DNA from: Pirellulaceae bacterium
Lineage (GTDB): Bacteria > Planctomycetota > Planctomycetia > Pirellulales > Pirellulaceae
Direction: 5' to 3'
DNA length: 31,415 nt
Assembly: GCA_016784735.1 (NCBI GenBank)
Contig: JADHUC010000115.1
Span: forward strand, 1 to 31,415
Shown: piece by piece, positions 7,975 through 16,653 of the stretch
How the letters are laid out: each line of letters opens with the position of its first letter
Position numbering within the stretch: the first letter of the stretch is position 1
Made by a program: the position numbers and the translations under genes
The notes under the pieces: generated by a model
The model's input: only the letters and a program-made list of their open reading frames with translations
The model's database searches: none
What the model was told of the DNA's origin: nothing

Positions 7975-9269
7975 GCGGCTTGATCCAAGTGCTGGTCGCG
8001 TGCTTCGTCGTGCTGCTGATGATCGGCGTGCCGATTTCGATTGCACTGGTGCTGGCTGCTGCCGCAGCCATGGCCTTCGCCGCAGCCGGCGGGCTCGATC
8101 TGACTCAGATACCGCTGCAATTGTACGAATCGACGAGCAGCTTTCCTCTGTTGGCCGTCCCCTTCTTTGTGCTCGCCGGCAGCATCATGAGTCGTGGTGG
8201 CATGTCCGACCGATTGATCGACTTGGCGCGATCCTTCGTGGGCCGCATTCCCGGCGGCGTGGCGATGGTCAGTGTTGTGGCCTGCATGTTCTTTGCCGCC
8301 GTGTCCGGGTCCACGGCTGCCACGACGGCTGCCATCGGCATCGTGTTGATTCCGGCCATGATTGAAAGTGGCTTTTCGCGCGGAGCTGCCACGGGGCTTC
8401 AGGCCACGGCTGGCTCGATCGGCATCATCATCCCGCCTAGCATTCCGTTCGTTCTGCTCGGCGTGATCGGTTCGATATCCATCGGTAAGCTGTTCCTTGG
8501 CGGCGTTCTGCCTGGCATTGCCATTGGCGCTGCTCTGATGGCCGTATCTTTCGCAATCGCGCGGGTACAAAAACACCCGCCTTCGTCATCTCGCACCAGT
8601 TTGGCCAACATCCTGCGCGCCGCGGGACGTTCGATCCTGCCGCTGTTGACCGTCGTATTTGTCATCGGCGGGATCATGCTCGGGATGGTCACACCCACCG
8701 AAGCAGCGATCGTCGCCGTCGTCTGGTCCCTGATCGTTAGCGTATTGATTTACCGCGAACTGACGGCCAAAGACTTCTACGAATCGCTGGTGGACACGGT
8801 CAAGGTCACGGGCATTGTGGTCCTATGCATCGGAGCCACCGCGCCGTTCGCATGGCTGCTGACCGTCGAGCAGGTGCCGCAGAACATCGCCGATTCGATG
8901 ACGGCCATGACCGCGAACCCTGCCTTGCTGACCCTGATGATGCTGGCGATCCTGTTGGCCATCGGCACATTCATCGACCTGACTCCGGCCATGATCCTGC
9001 TGGTGCCGATCCTGATGCCGATTGCCAAGGGCATCGGCATGGATCCCGTTCATTTCGGCGTGATGCTCATCTTGGCCTTGGGCATCGGCCAAAGCACACC
9101 GCCCGTGGGTATATCCCTGTTCGTCGCGTGCAGCGTAGGCAAAGCCAAGATGAGCCAAGTGGCCTTGCCTCTGCTGCCGTTCCTGGCTGCCATGATCGTC
9201 GTGCTGATCGCCGTGGCCTTCTGGCCGCCACTGACTACATGGCTACCGAACTTGCTGATGTGTCTTTAA
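7971..9269 (+). CDS. dctM: TRAP transporter large permease, DctM family
   Basis: Polytopic 432 aa protein: LLAVPFFVLAGSIMSRGGMSDRLIDLA, GFSRGAATGLQATAGSIGIIIPPSIPFVLLGV, LLAIGTFIDLTPAMILLVPILMPIAKGIGMDPVHFGV. Confidence 0.95.
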   Translation: MSGLIQVLVACFVVLLMIGVPISIALVLAAAAAMAFAAAGGLDLTQIPLQLYESTSSFPLLAVPFFVLAGSIMSRGGMSDRLIDLARSFVGRIPGGVAMVSVVACMFFAAVSGSTAATTAAIGIVLIPAMIESGFSRGAATGLQATAGSIGIIIPPSIPFVLLGVIGSISIGKLFLGGVLPGIAIGAALMAVSFAIARVQKHPPSSSRTSLANILRAAGRSILPLLTVVFVIGGIMLGMVTPTEAAIVAVVWSLIVSVLIYRELTAKDFYESLVDTVKVTGIVVLCIGATAPFAWLLTVEQVPQNIADSMTAMTANPALLTLMMLAILLAIGTFIDLTPAMILLVPILMPIAKGIGMDPVHFGVMLILALGIGQSTPPVGISLFVACSVGKAKMSQVALPLLPFLAAMIVVLIAVAFWPPLTTWLPNLLMCL

Positions 9270-11297
9270 CCACTGGTCAAGCCAGCCAATCACGGTGTCG
9301 TGCCAGAGGATCGAGTTGTGGGGCTTCAGGACCCAGTGATTCTCGTCCGGGAAGTATAGCAGCCGGCTGGGGATGCCCAGCCGCTGCAATACGTTGAAGG
9401 TGCCGATTCCCTGCGTATCGACCACTCGGTAGTCGTGCGCCCCGTGAATGACCAGCATCGGCGTTTTCCAGTTCTTGACGAAATTCACCGGATTGTGTTT
9501 CTCGTAACCCTCGGGGTTGTCCCATGGGGTACCCATGTGATCCCATTCGGGAAACCAGAGTTCTTCTGTGTCATAATAGGCCATCCGTTCGTCCAGGTTG
9601 CCGTCGTGATTGACCATACACCGGAAACGGTTGGGCCAGTTGCCGGCGATCCAATTGATCATGTAACCGCCGAACGACGCGCCGAGCGCGCCGACTCGCT
9701 TGCCATCCAGCCACGGATAACGCTCCAAAGCCGCCTTCAGGCCGAGCTTCAAGTCCTCGAACGGCTTGCCTCCCCAGTCGCCGCGGATCGAGTCCGTGAA
9801 CGCTTGGCCGTACCCGACGGACCCGTGGAAATCGACCATCACGGCGGCGTATCCGGCTCCCGCATAAGCCTGCGGGTTCCAGCGGTAGTGGAACGTGTTG
9901 CCAAAGGAGCCTTGAGGCCCGCCATGGATCAGAAACGCCACGGGGTATCGCCTTGTTGGATCGAAGTCCACCGGTTTGACCACATACCCGTACACCGTCT
10001 CGTCGTTCCATCCTTTGAACGAGAACTGCTCGCAATCCCCCATTCGCGCCGCAGCGACCCTTTCGTCATTGATCCGCGTGACGCGGCGTCGGTCGGTACC
10101 GTCGGGACGAATCGACGAGAGCTCGACGGGCGATTTCAGATTGTCCAAGCCGTAGATGATCCGATCGCCACAAATGGCTGGCGATCGGACGTAGCCGTTT
10201 CGGACGACTTCACGCACCGCGCCGGAAGTCGCGTTGATCGCGAACAACGAACGCTGTCCGAAATTCGAAGCAGTCGCATAGATCTCACTGCCGTCGGCCG
10301 ACCAACAAAGGGACGACGGCGAACGGTCCCAATCCTCGGTCAGGACTCGTTCATCTCCTCCCGGCGCTCGCAAGATGATCCGGCGTCGATCCGATTCGTA
10401 ACCAGGCTTCGCCATCGCCAAGTATGCCATTGTCTTTCCGTCGGGCGAAAAGAGGGGGCAGCAGTCCCATGCTTCGTTCTTCTTGGTCAAGCAGACTGGC
10501 GGCGCGGCCCCGTCGATGGGCACGCGATACAAGTCGAAATCCGTCGACCAGGGCTCTTTCGGACCCACGTCACGTGCCGTGAAGATTAGCTCTTTTCCAT
10601 CCGGCGTGAACGTGAGTTCATCCGATCCGCCGAACGGCTTTGACGGCGTATCGGCATCCATGCCTTGCATGACGTCGACGGGATCGCCTGCGCCCGTTGA
10701 CGGCAACACGAACAGATGTGAACGGCGACCGTCCTTCCAAGTATCCCAATGACGGACGAAAACGCCGTCGTAGATCCGACCGCTGCTCTTTCGCTTCACT
10801 TCTTCATCAAGTCGCTGTCTAGTCTGCTCCACTGAAGCGCAGTCGGGGAACACCTCCATCGTAAATGCGATGTGTTTGCCGTCAGGCGAGATGATCAGGT
10901 TACTCACATCAAGTGGCATGTTGGTCACCTGTTGCGCTTCACCACCATCGACGCGAATTCGCCAAACCTGCGACGAGCCGGAACGGCTGGACAGAAACAA
11001 GACGCCATCGCCGTCCGGCGTCCAGCACGGACTATGGTCGCTTGAAGGATGGGACGTCAGACGCCGAAGTTCGGTCCCATCTGCCCCGACCAACCACAGA
11101 TCCGTTTTTCCCTTGTTCTCATCGAGGTCCGTTTCTCGAACAGTGAATACGACAAGGCTTCCGTCCGGAGACACTCGATGCTCGGAAATCCGGTCCATAC
11201 CCAGCATGTCGTGAATCGAAAACGGATGAGACGATTCTGCATCGGCAGACCGGACACAGACTATCCCGGACAATATGATCAACAGAGAAAACCGCAT
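9243..11297 (-). CDS. S9 family (prolyl oligopeptidase/acylaminoacyl-peptidase-like) exported peptidase
   Basis: N-terminal propeller repeats; catalytic serine motif GASFGGYM; HGPQG; histidine near DENHWVLKPHN; signal peptide MRFSLLIILSGIVCVRSADA. 3' end overlaps dctM by 27 bp convergently. Confidence 0.93.
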   Translation of the reverse strand: MRFSLLIILSGIVCVRSADAESSHPFSIHDMLGMDRISEHRVSPDGSLVVFTVRETDLDENKGKTDLWLVGADGTELRRLTSHPSSDHSPCWTPDGDGVLFLSSRSGSSQVWRIRVDGGEAQQVTNMPLDVSNLIISPDGKHIAFTMEVFPDCASVEQTRQRLDEEVKRKSSGRIYDGVFVRHWDTWKDGRRSHLFVLPSTGAGDPVDVMQGMDADTPSKPFGGSDELTFTPDGKELIFTARDVGPKEPWSTDFDLYRVPIDGAAPPVCLTKKNEAWDCCPLFSPDGKTMAYLAMAKPGYESDRRRIILRAPGGDERVLTEDWDRSPSSLCWSADGSEIYATASNFGQRSLFAINATSGAVREVVRNGYVRSPAICGDRIIYGLDNLKSPVELSSIRPDGTDRRRVTRINDERVAAARMGDCEQFSFKGWNDETVYGYVVKPVDFDPTRRYPVAFLIHGGPQGSFGNTFHYRWNPQAYAGAGYAAVMVDFHGSVGYGQAFTDSIRGDWGGKPFEDLKLGLKAALERYPWLDGKRVGALGASFGGYMINWIAGNWPNRFRCMVNHDGNLDERMAYYDTEELWFPEWDHMGTPWDNPEGYEKHNPVNFVKNWKTPMLVIHGAHDYRVVDTQGIGTFNVLQRLGIPSRLLYFPDENHWVLKPHNSILWHDTVIGWLDQWLKTHQQVR

Positions 11298-11365
11298 GAT
11301 TTCTACTCCTTTGCCAGATTGCGAGTGTGTTCTTCTTGGGAGGTCAGCAACGGTTGTTCGGTTGT

Positions 11366-11414
11366 TGGAGTCCAGGCTTCAGCCTGTCCCCTGCAGCCTA
11401 AAGGCTGGACTCCA
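11366..11414. repeat. Intergenic inverted repeat
   Basis: TGGAGTCCAGGCTTCAGCCTG (11366-11386) and CAGCCTAAAGGCTGGACTCCA (11394-11414), 7 nt loop. Confidence 0.75.
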
Positions 11415-11555
11415 GCGGACGTCTCGTATCGGCGGCACTCGTCACGGGCCAAGGTAGCCCCAGGTCAAGGAAAATGAAGCGGAATACTCGACCACCGAGT
11501 TGATTCTCTAACGGGGCGTACCGTGAATCAAGTGCGGTAGCATGCATGCGGCGGC

Positions 11556-12290
11556 TCAGAGGCCGGGTGATGTTCGCTGCTCTCCGCCAAGATCCGAAGC
11601 TGGCCAGTCGGGATTCAGACGATCGGCCGTTTCAGCGTCTTTGCGAGCCTTTTCAGTTTCGCCCAGCAAACGGTACGCGTTCGATCGCAGTGCATACGCC
11701 ATGTAGTCGTCATGTGCCAGTCGGATCGCGGATGTGAAATCGTCGATTCCGTCCGCGAAACGTCCCAATTCGACGTAGCTTGCGCCGCGATTCAGGTAGA
11801 AATTCACTTCGTTGGGATCCAGGCGGATCGCGGCACCGTAATGCTCGACGGCTTCTTGGTACATTTCCATGCCGCTGTAGAGCTGTCCGAGGTCATTCCA
11901 TAGCTCGGCGTAATCGTAGTCAAGTTCGAGAGCCTTCTCGATGTCCGCAATGGCTTCCTTGTTTCGCCCCAACCGCTTGAAAACCTGCGCACGGTTGTTG
12001 AAAGCGATTGGGTCCTTGCCGTCGCTTTCGATGGCTCGATCCAGATCCCGGCGCGCTTCGTCCAAGTCACCTCGCAGCAGATGGGCGGTCCCACGGCCGC
12101 GAAGGGCCTTCGCATGATCAGGATGGGTGGAAAGAAACTGCGTGAAGGACTCGATGGCGTTGTCATAATCGCCGCCGTGGAACTCGGCCTCGGCGTCCGC
12201 GAACGTAACGATTTCGGTGGGCGCCGCCGAGTGCCTGCACGCGCTCAGCACCGAGGAGGCCATCAGACAAAGAAGGAATGAACGAGGCAT
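11556..12290 (-). CDS. TPR-repeat lipoprotein
   Basis: From Met at 12290: MPRSFLLCLMASSVLSAC lipobox-like, then tandem TPRs (HAKALRGRGTAHLLRGDLDEARRDLDRAIESD, PIAFNNRAQVFKRLGRNKEAIADIEKALELD and others). In-frame ORF is open upstream to 12917. Confidence 0.8.
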   Translation of the reverse strand: MPRSFLLCLMASSVLSACRHSAAPTEIVTFADAEAEFHGGDYDNAIESFTQFLSTHPDHAKALRGRGTAHLLRGDLDEARRDLDRAIESDGKDPIAFNNRAQVFKRLGRNKEAIADIEKALELDYDYAELWNDLGQLYSGMEMYQEAVEHYGAAIRLDPNEVNFYLNRGASYVELGRFADGIDDFTSAIRLAHDDYMAYALRSNAYRLLGETEKARKDAETADRLNPDWPASDLGGEQRTSPGL

Positions 12291-12389
12291 GTTACGGGGC
12301 CACAGCGTCCCAGGCATATGACAACCGAGACGATGAGCAGCAACCAAGAATTGCAGCACACAGACTAAATGGCCGCCCGCGATCCTGCG

Positions 12390-12917
12390 CGTTTCATTGA
12401 GCCGCCGCGTCCTTTTGGCCTTCTTCCAGGGACAGAGTGCGATCGGCTTCGGCCGTTTCAGTCTGACGTCGATTCGTGTCAACGTCCGGCTCATCGTCGT
12501 CGTACTGACCGTGGTGCCCATCTTGTCCGTCAGGACTTGGATGAACAACTTTTGCGTCCATGTCGGCCGATCGAAGCCGTAGTCTCGTGGGGACTGGGCC
12601 GCGGCCATCAACAGCAGTTCCTCATGGTCTTCCGTGATCTTGACGGTGCCGTTGTCTTCTCGACGATCGATCAACCCCGCCGGACCTTGTTCGACGAAAC
12701 GTCGAGCTACGCGAATAACGTTGCTGTACGAAATGGCCACATGATGGGCGATCGAGCTGGGCGAATTCCCTCTCACTAAATTCCAAATAATCTTCCATCG
12801 TTGACAGAACCTCGCGTCCGAATGATATTGAGCATTCGAACGAAGCTGTCGCTGAATCTTCCGCGACTGATTCTTCCACGCAGCCTGAACCTTCACCATC
12901 CAACCGGAACTTCTCAT
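12390..12917 (-). pseudogene. Truncated IS630-like transposase N-terminal helix-turn-helix region, no DDE catalytic domain
   Basis: RVARRFVEQGPAGLIDRRE...FDRPTWTQKLFIQVLTDKMGTTVSTTTMSRTLTRIDVRLKRPKP resembles IS630-family HTH/linker. Frame then runs into the TPR lipoprotein. Confidence 0.65.
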
Positions 12918-13053
12918 TGGGGACTCCTTTCACAAGAGTGAGCGAGGGATCGCGAGTCCCCAGTTTTCCTATATGGCGCAGAATCGCGCAAGGCCATTTA
13001 GCCGTGGACGTTGACCATGTCCAGAGCAGCCACGAGTCGGAGGTAATGAACTC

Positions 13054-14202
13054 ATGCCAGCCCAACTCATCTTGATGTTGCTCACTCTCGCGCCACTGGC
13101 CGGTGAGAACGGTGACACCAAGAAGGAAGTATCGCGCACGGAGTTTGCTGCAGCCATGTCCAGGATCAAGGTGGGGGCGAGCAGCGATGACGTCTTGGCG
13201 ATCTTGGGGCGACCGGATTCGATCCGCCACGGCAAGGTCGTTCTGACGTCTTTCGATGGACCAGATATCGTGCGGGCAAGTGATGTTGACACGACGGGTG
13301 AGTATTCCGATGTCTGCGAGATCTGGTACTACGGCGCGGAGGGCTCGAACGGGTTTCCGACGTTGGGTCGCGTCTACTACGGGACCGAGTTGACGGAGGA
13401 TGTTCAGGCGGCGACGGTGTGTCACGTTTACGGGAGCGGCAAGCCCTCGCCGGAGCTGGCAAGGATCAAGGAAAGGGACTTGAGGCGGCTGATCGTTATG
13501 CTGAGCGGCCGATTCGAGTGCGCTGCGAGCCGCTATGACCCTGGGCACCTCATTGCGGCCGTAAACGCCCTTCAACCGTTGGGAAAGGACTTGGCTCTGG
13601 CGGTCATTGAAGAGTATCTGCGAGTATGTCCCGAGACTCACGCATCGGGGACTGAGAGAATAAGGCTTTTGCTGCGAGTCCTTTTCCAGGTGCCATCAGA
13701 CACGGGACACATGCCTGACATCAGGCTCGGGACGGACCCGCCTCCGCCGCACAAACCCGAGTTGATCCCGCGATTCCCTATCCACGTCGTTCGCGACATT
13801 CCTCTGCTGGTCGTTTGGGGCTACGTCTGCGAAGGGCTACCGCCGTGGGTGGGGCCCGACTTGGAGTACTTCCGCAAAAAGGGTGTCCTGCGCACGAATA
13901 GACTTGCCCCATCGAATCGACCCTTGTGCGCGCTGGAACAGCTCGAACGATCGGCTGCCTGGATGTACACGCGAAGAACCGCGAGGGATCGCATGGGGAT
14001 CATTTGCCAACTGCTGGCTCTTGTAGATCCGGTTTGGCCTCTTGCCGATCAGAAGTCGAGGGCAGCCTTGTCGGACAAACTGTCTTCCCGCGAACAGTGG
14101 AATCAGTTTGTCGCGAAGTTCGAGCGCCTGGAGATCCACTGGGATCCTGAACGACAAAAATACCAGTTGACGAAACGCCGCGAGCGCGACGGTATCCCCT
14201 AG
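13054..14202 (+). CDS. Hypothetical exported protein, SmpA/OmlA-like N-terminal segment possible
   Basis: 382 aa open frame with signal-like N-terminus; MSRIKVGASSDDVLAILGRPDSIRHGK resembles SmpA/BamE-like repeats. Confidence 0.65.
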   Translation: MPAQLILMLLTLAPLAGENGDTKKEVSRTEFAAAMSRIKVGASSDDVLAILGRPDSIRHGKVVLTSFDGPDIVRASDVDTTGEYSDVCEIWYYGAEGSNGFPTLGRVYYGTELTEDVQAATVCHVYGSGKPSPELARIKERDLRRLIVMLSGRFECAASRYDPGHLIAAVNALQPLGKDLALAVIEEYLRVCPETHASGTERIRLLLRVLFQVPSDTGHMPDIRLGTDPPPPHKPELIPRFPIHVVRDIPLLVVWGYVCEGLPPWVGPDLEYFRKKGVLRTNRLAPSNRPLCALEQLERSAAWMYTRRTARDRMGIICQLLALVDPVWPLADQKSRAALSDKLSSREQWNQFVAKFERLEIHWDPERQKYQLTKRRERDGIP

Positions 14203-14241
14203 GGCCGAGTTTTGACACTCCTACCGGGACACTTTGATGTA

Positions 14242-14270
14242 GTGCAGACCACAGCCAGGATGGTAAACTG
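14242..14270 (+). promoter_or_regulatory. Recurrent upstream element, copy 1
   Basis: GTGCAGACCACAGCCAGGATGGTAAACTG, about 50 nt upstream of the ORF starting 14320; 24/29 identical to 15664-15692. Confidence 0.45.
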
Positions 14271-14319
14271 AAAGCATCCGCTTTCAATCTCAGTGGCGGA
14301 TCGGAAGGACTGTTATGCT

Positions 14320-14931
14320 ATGAAATGGCCACAGTTTTCGCTGCGTGCGCTACTCACAGCCATGGGCCTTTTCGGCTTGGGTCTCGTTGTTCTCATCAAT
14401 GCTTCAGACCTGTGGGCGAGCGCCGTGTTCACGGTCACGCTTTGCGTCCTGTTCATTGGCGTTATCGGAAGCATCTTGAGAAGCGGGCCTGCGCGTGCGC
14501 ATTGGATTGGATTCACTGTTTTCGGTTGGGGCTATCTTTGGATAGCTCATTGGCCGACTAACGATCAGTTCATTCCGGGCAACATCCTTCCACGTTGGAG
14601 ACTTCAAACACACTCCGGTGCGCTATTGACAACGCGCGTGCTGGAATACGGGTATGAGAACCTGCTTCCGTTGATTCGAGAACGTCCATCTATTGCACCA
14701 ACATATCATGAACCTGGTTCCGGTCCTATGTCACGATACTTCGACTTCGGGGGCGGGTATGCGGAGGCGAGATCGTCACAAGTTGATGAATCGAGCGGGT
14801 CGTATCCGTATATCTACAATTTCATGCGCGTCGGCCATTCTCTCTGGGCTATGCTTTTTGCCTTGGTTGGCGCTTGGATCGGCGGCCGTTTCCATCGGAC
14901 GACATCAAAAGCTGACGCCAAATCGGGATAG
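14320..14931 (+). CDS. Hypothetical membrane protein
   Basis: MKWPQFSLRALLTAMGLFGLGLVVLIN plus further hydrophobic helices. Confidence 0.7.
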   Translation: MKWPQFSLRALLTAMGLFGLGLVVLINASDLWASAVFTVTLCVLFIGVIGSILRSGPARAHWIGFTVFGWGYLWIAHWPTNDQFIPGNILPRWRLQTHSGALLTTRVLEYGYENLLPLIRERPSIAPTYHEPGSGPMSRYFDFGGGYAEARSSQVDESSGSYPYIYNFMRVGHSLWAMLFALVGAWIGGRFHRTTSKADAKSG

Positions 14932-15075
14932 GAACCAGCCTTTCGGCCAGCCACGCACCTCACCCGTCGACAGAACGGCTGGCGACAGGCAAGAGCTTTA
15001 CGTCGACGGCACGCGGTACACATGTATTTCGCAGGGGCAACCCGCCACTGCTGATCTGAAATTGGAGGACGACGC

Positions 15076-15591
15076 ATGAACAAAAAGAGTCTGGCCTCTG
15101 TGGGAATCGCCATGATGCTGTGTTGCTGCAGTGGATACAAGAACAAAGAACACGTAGAGGATGCGGCTGTCGCGGACGAGCAACTTGGTGAGATCGACAT
15201 GGATCACCGGGCTGCGATGTCCATTAGCTTGTACACGGCGAACAAGTTCCACAAACGTCTGACACGAGCGACGAAACGGCTGAATCCAGCTTTGCGAGTC
15301 TATTATGAAGGACCGCTTGGCCGGCCTGGCGGCGAGCCAGGTCCGGCTAGCGACGCGTTCGCCGATTGGAACATCGTCGAAGCCCAACCGGAGGGTCCGG
15401 CCAGGCTCGTCTGCAATATCTCGGTGTCGGAAACGAAACGAGATGCCACGATCGCCCAGTGTAATCTGGAGGATCGCATTCTTTACATGGCTATTCGCGA
15501 TGTAAACGCGGAAAGCGAAGAGTTGGATTTGTCGCGTGCCGAACTGAACGGCCAAAGCGTACGGAAATTCGTGGCCAATCTGTCAAAATAG
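15076..15591 (+). CDS. Hypothetical small lipoprotein
   Basis: MNKKSLASVGIAMMLCCCSGYKNKE lipobox-like start, 171 aa. Confidence 0.6.
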   Translation: MNKKSLASVGIAMMLCCCSGYKNKEHVEDAAVADEQLGEIDMDHRAAMSISLYTANKFHKRLTRATKRLNPALRVYYEGPLGRPGGEPGPASDAFADWNIVEAQPEGPARLVCNISVSETKRDATIAQCNLEDRILYMAIRDVNAESEELDLSRAELNGQSVRKFVANLSK

Positions 15592-15663
15592 AAAGCGATC
15601 GAAGGTGCGCGGCCGTGATGTGCGCTTCGAGCCGCCGAATCCAAGCAGAGACGATTTTCTGTG

Positions 15664-15692
15664 GTGCAGACGATGGCCAGAATGGTAGACTG
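15664..15692 (+). promoter_or_regulatory. Recurrent upstream element, copy 2
   Basis: GTGCAGACGATGGCCAGAATGGTAGACTG upstream of the ORF starting 15759. Confidence 0.45.
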
Positions 15693-15758
15693 ATCTGTTG
15701 TTGACCGGTCGTTCTTTTGGCACGGCCTGAGCGTGTCAGCCATTGAGGGTACACGACG

Positions 15759-16643
15759 ATGGCTCGCTTCTTCATGGCAGTCGTGTTGTTCCTTGGCGTT
15801 GAGCCTACGTCGAAAACGACGGATGACGCTGCAAACGCCGCACGAGCTCTGCTGGAATCTGCAAGTTGGGTCGCAGTCAAAGACAACGACGGCAAAACCG
15901 AAATCCGTGTACTCGCCGCAGAAGAAGAGCCCAAGGCCGAACAGGCCGTGCGCGACTATCATGACCGCTACCAGGAAGTGGCGGATACCTACTGGAAGCA
16001 TGAGAAGGAATATGCAGATGCGATTTCGCAGTTGAACCGCCAGTTCCTGGATCGCCAGGAACCGGTCACGGTCGATCATGTGAATCAATACTTTCGGGAT
16101 CGCAGGAAGTTAAAGGAACAGCTCGCGGCCAAGTCTCCGCAGCGGGCCGTGCCGCGACCGCCGTACCGTCATGTACTGCGGCAGGGAGAATGGTGGGAAC
16201 TGCGTCTTGGCGTGAAACCGGTAGAACCGGTAAGCGTATCAACGATCCTGTTCGGCACCGACACGCCCTCGATATACCTGCGCCTTTCAAACGCATCATC
16301 TGGGTTTTGCACGGGCCTTCCGGGAGCTCTGCAGCATTTCCCCGTACCTCCAGACGATTCCTACCTTCGAAACACGCGGATCGAAGTCAAGGAGCAGGTT
16401 ATCTTCCTGAAGACACGCCAATTTCAGTCTTACCGCCTTGGCCAATTCGATATCGCCGAGGCCGTTGCCTCGCTCGAGGAGGCCGTGCCGAACGCGACAA
16501 TAGACGGCGATCCCGAGTCAAGCACTATCTTCGTTCTTGGTTTTCCAGACGAGCACAAAGCCATCCGGCAAGCAATGGCACAGCTTGGGGTCAACCGTGA
16601 GAAACCGAAAAGTCAGAACGAAACGAATGGTAAGGAACGTTAA
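15759..16643 (+). CDS. Hypothetical protein
   Basis: 294 aa open frame with a putative signal segment and no recognised domain. Confidence 0.6.
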   Translation: MARFFMAVVLFLGVEPTSKTTDDAANAARALLESASWVAVKDNDGKTEIRVLAAEEEPKAEQAVRDYHDRYQEVADTYWKHEKEYADAISQLNRQFLDRQEPVTVDHVNQYFRDRRKLKEQLAAKSPQRAVPRPPYRHVLRQGEWWELRLGVKPVEPVSVSTILFGTDTPSIYLRLSNASSGFCTGLPGALQHFPVPPDDSYLRNTRIEVKEQVIFLKTRQFQSYRLGQFDIAEAVASLEEAVPNATIDGDPESSTIFVLGFPDEHKAIRQAMAQLGVNREKPKSQNETNGKER

Positions 16644-16653
16644 GAACGTCGGA

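Noticed and set aside
7950-8576. 208 aa minus-strand ORF
   Set aside because: Antisense to dctM; His/Asp-rich shadow translation.
9435-10589. 384 aa plus-strand ORF
   Set aside because: Antisense to the S9 peptidase, which has clear catalytic motifs and a signal peptide.
12622-13641. 339 aa minus-strand ORF
   Set aside because: Composite translation overlapping the remnant and the 13054 gene antisense; no domain signal.
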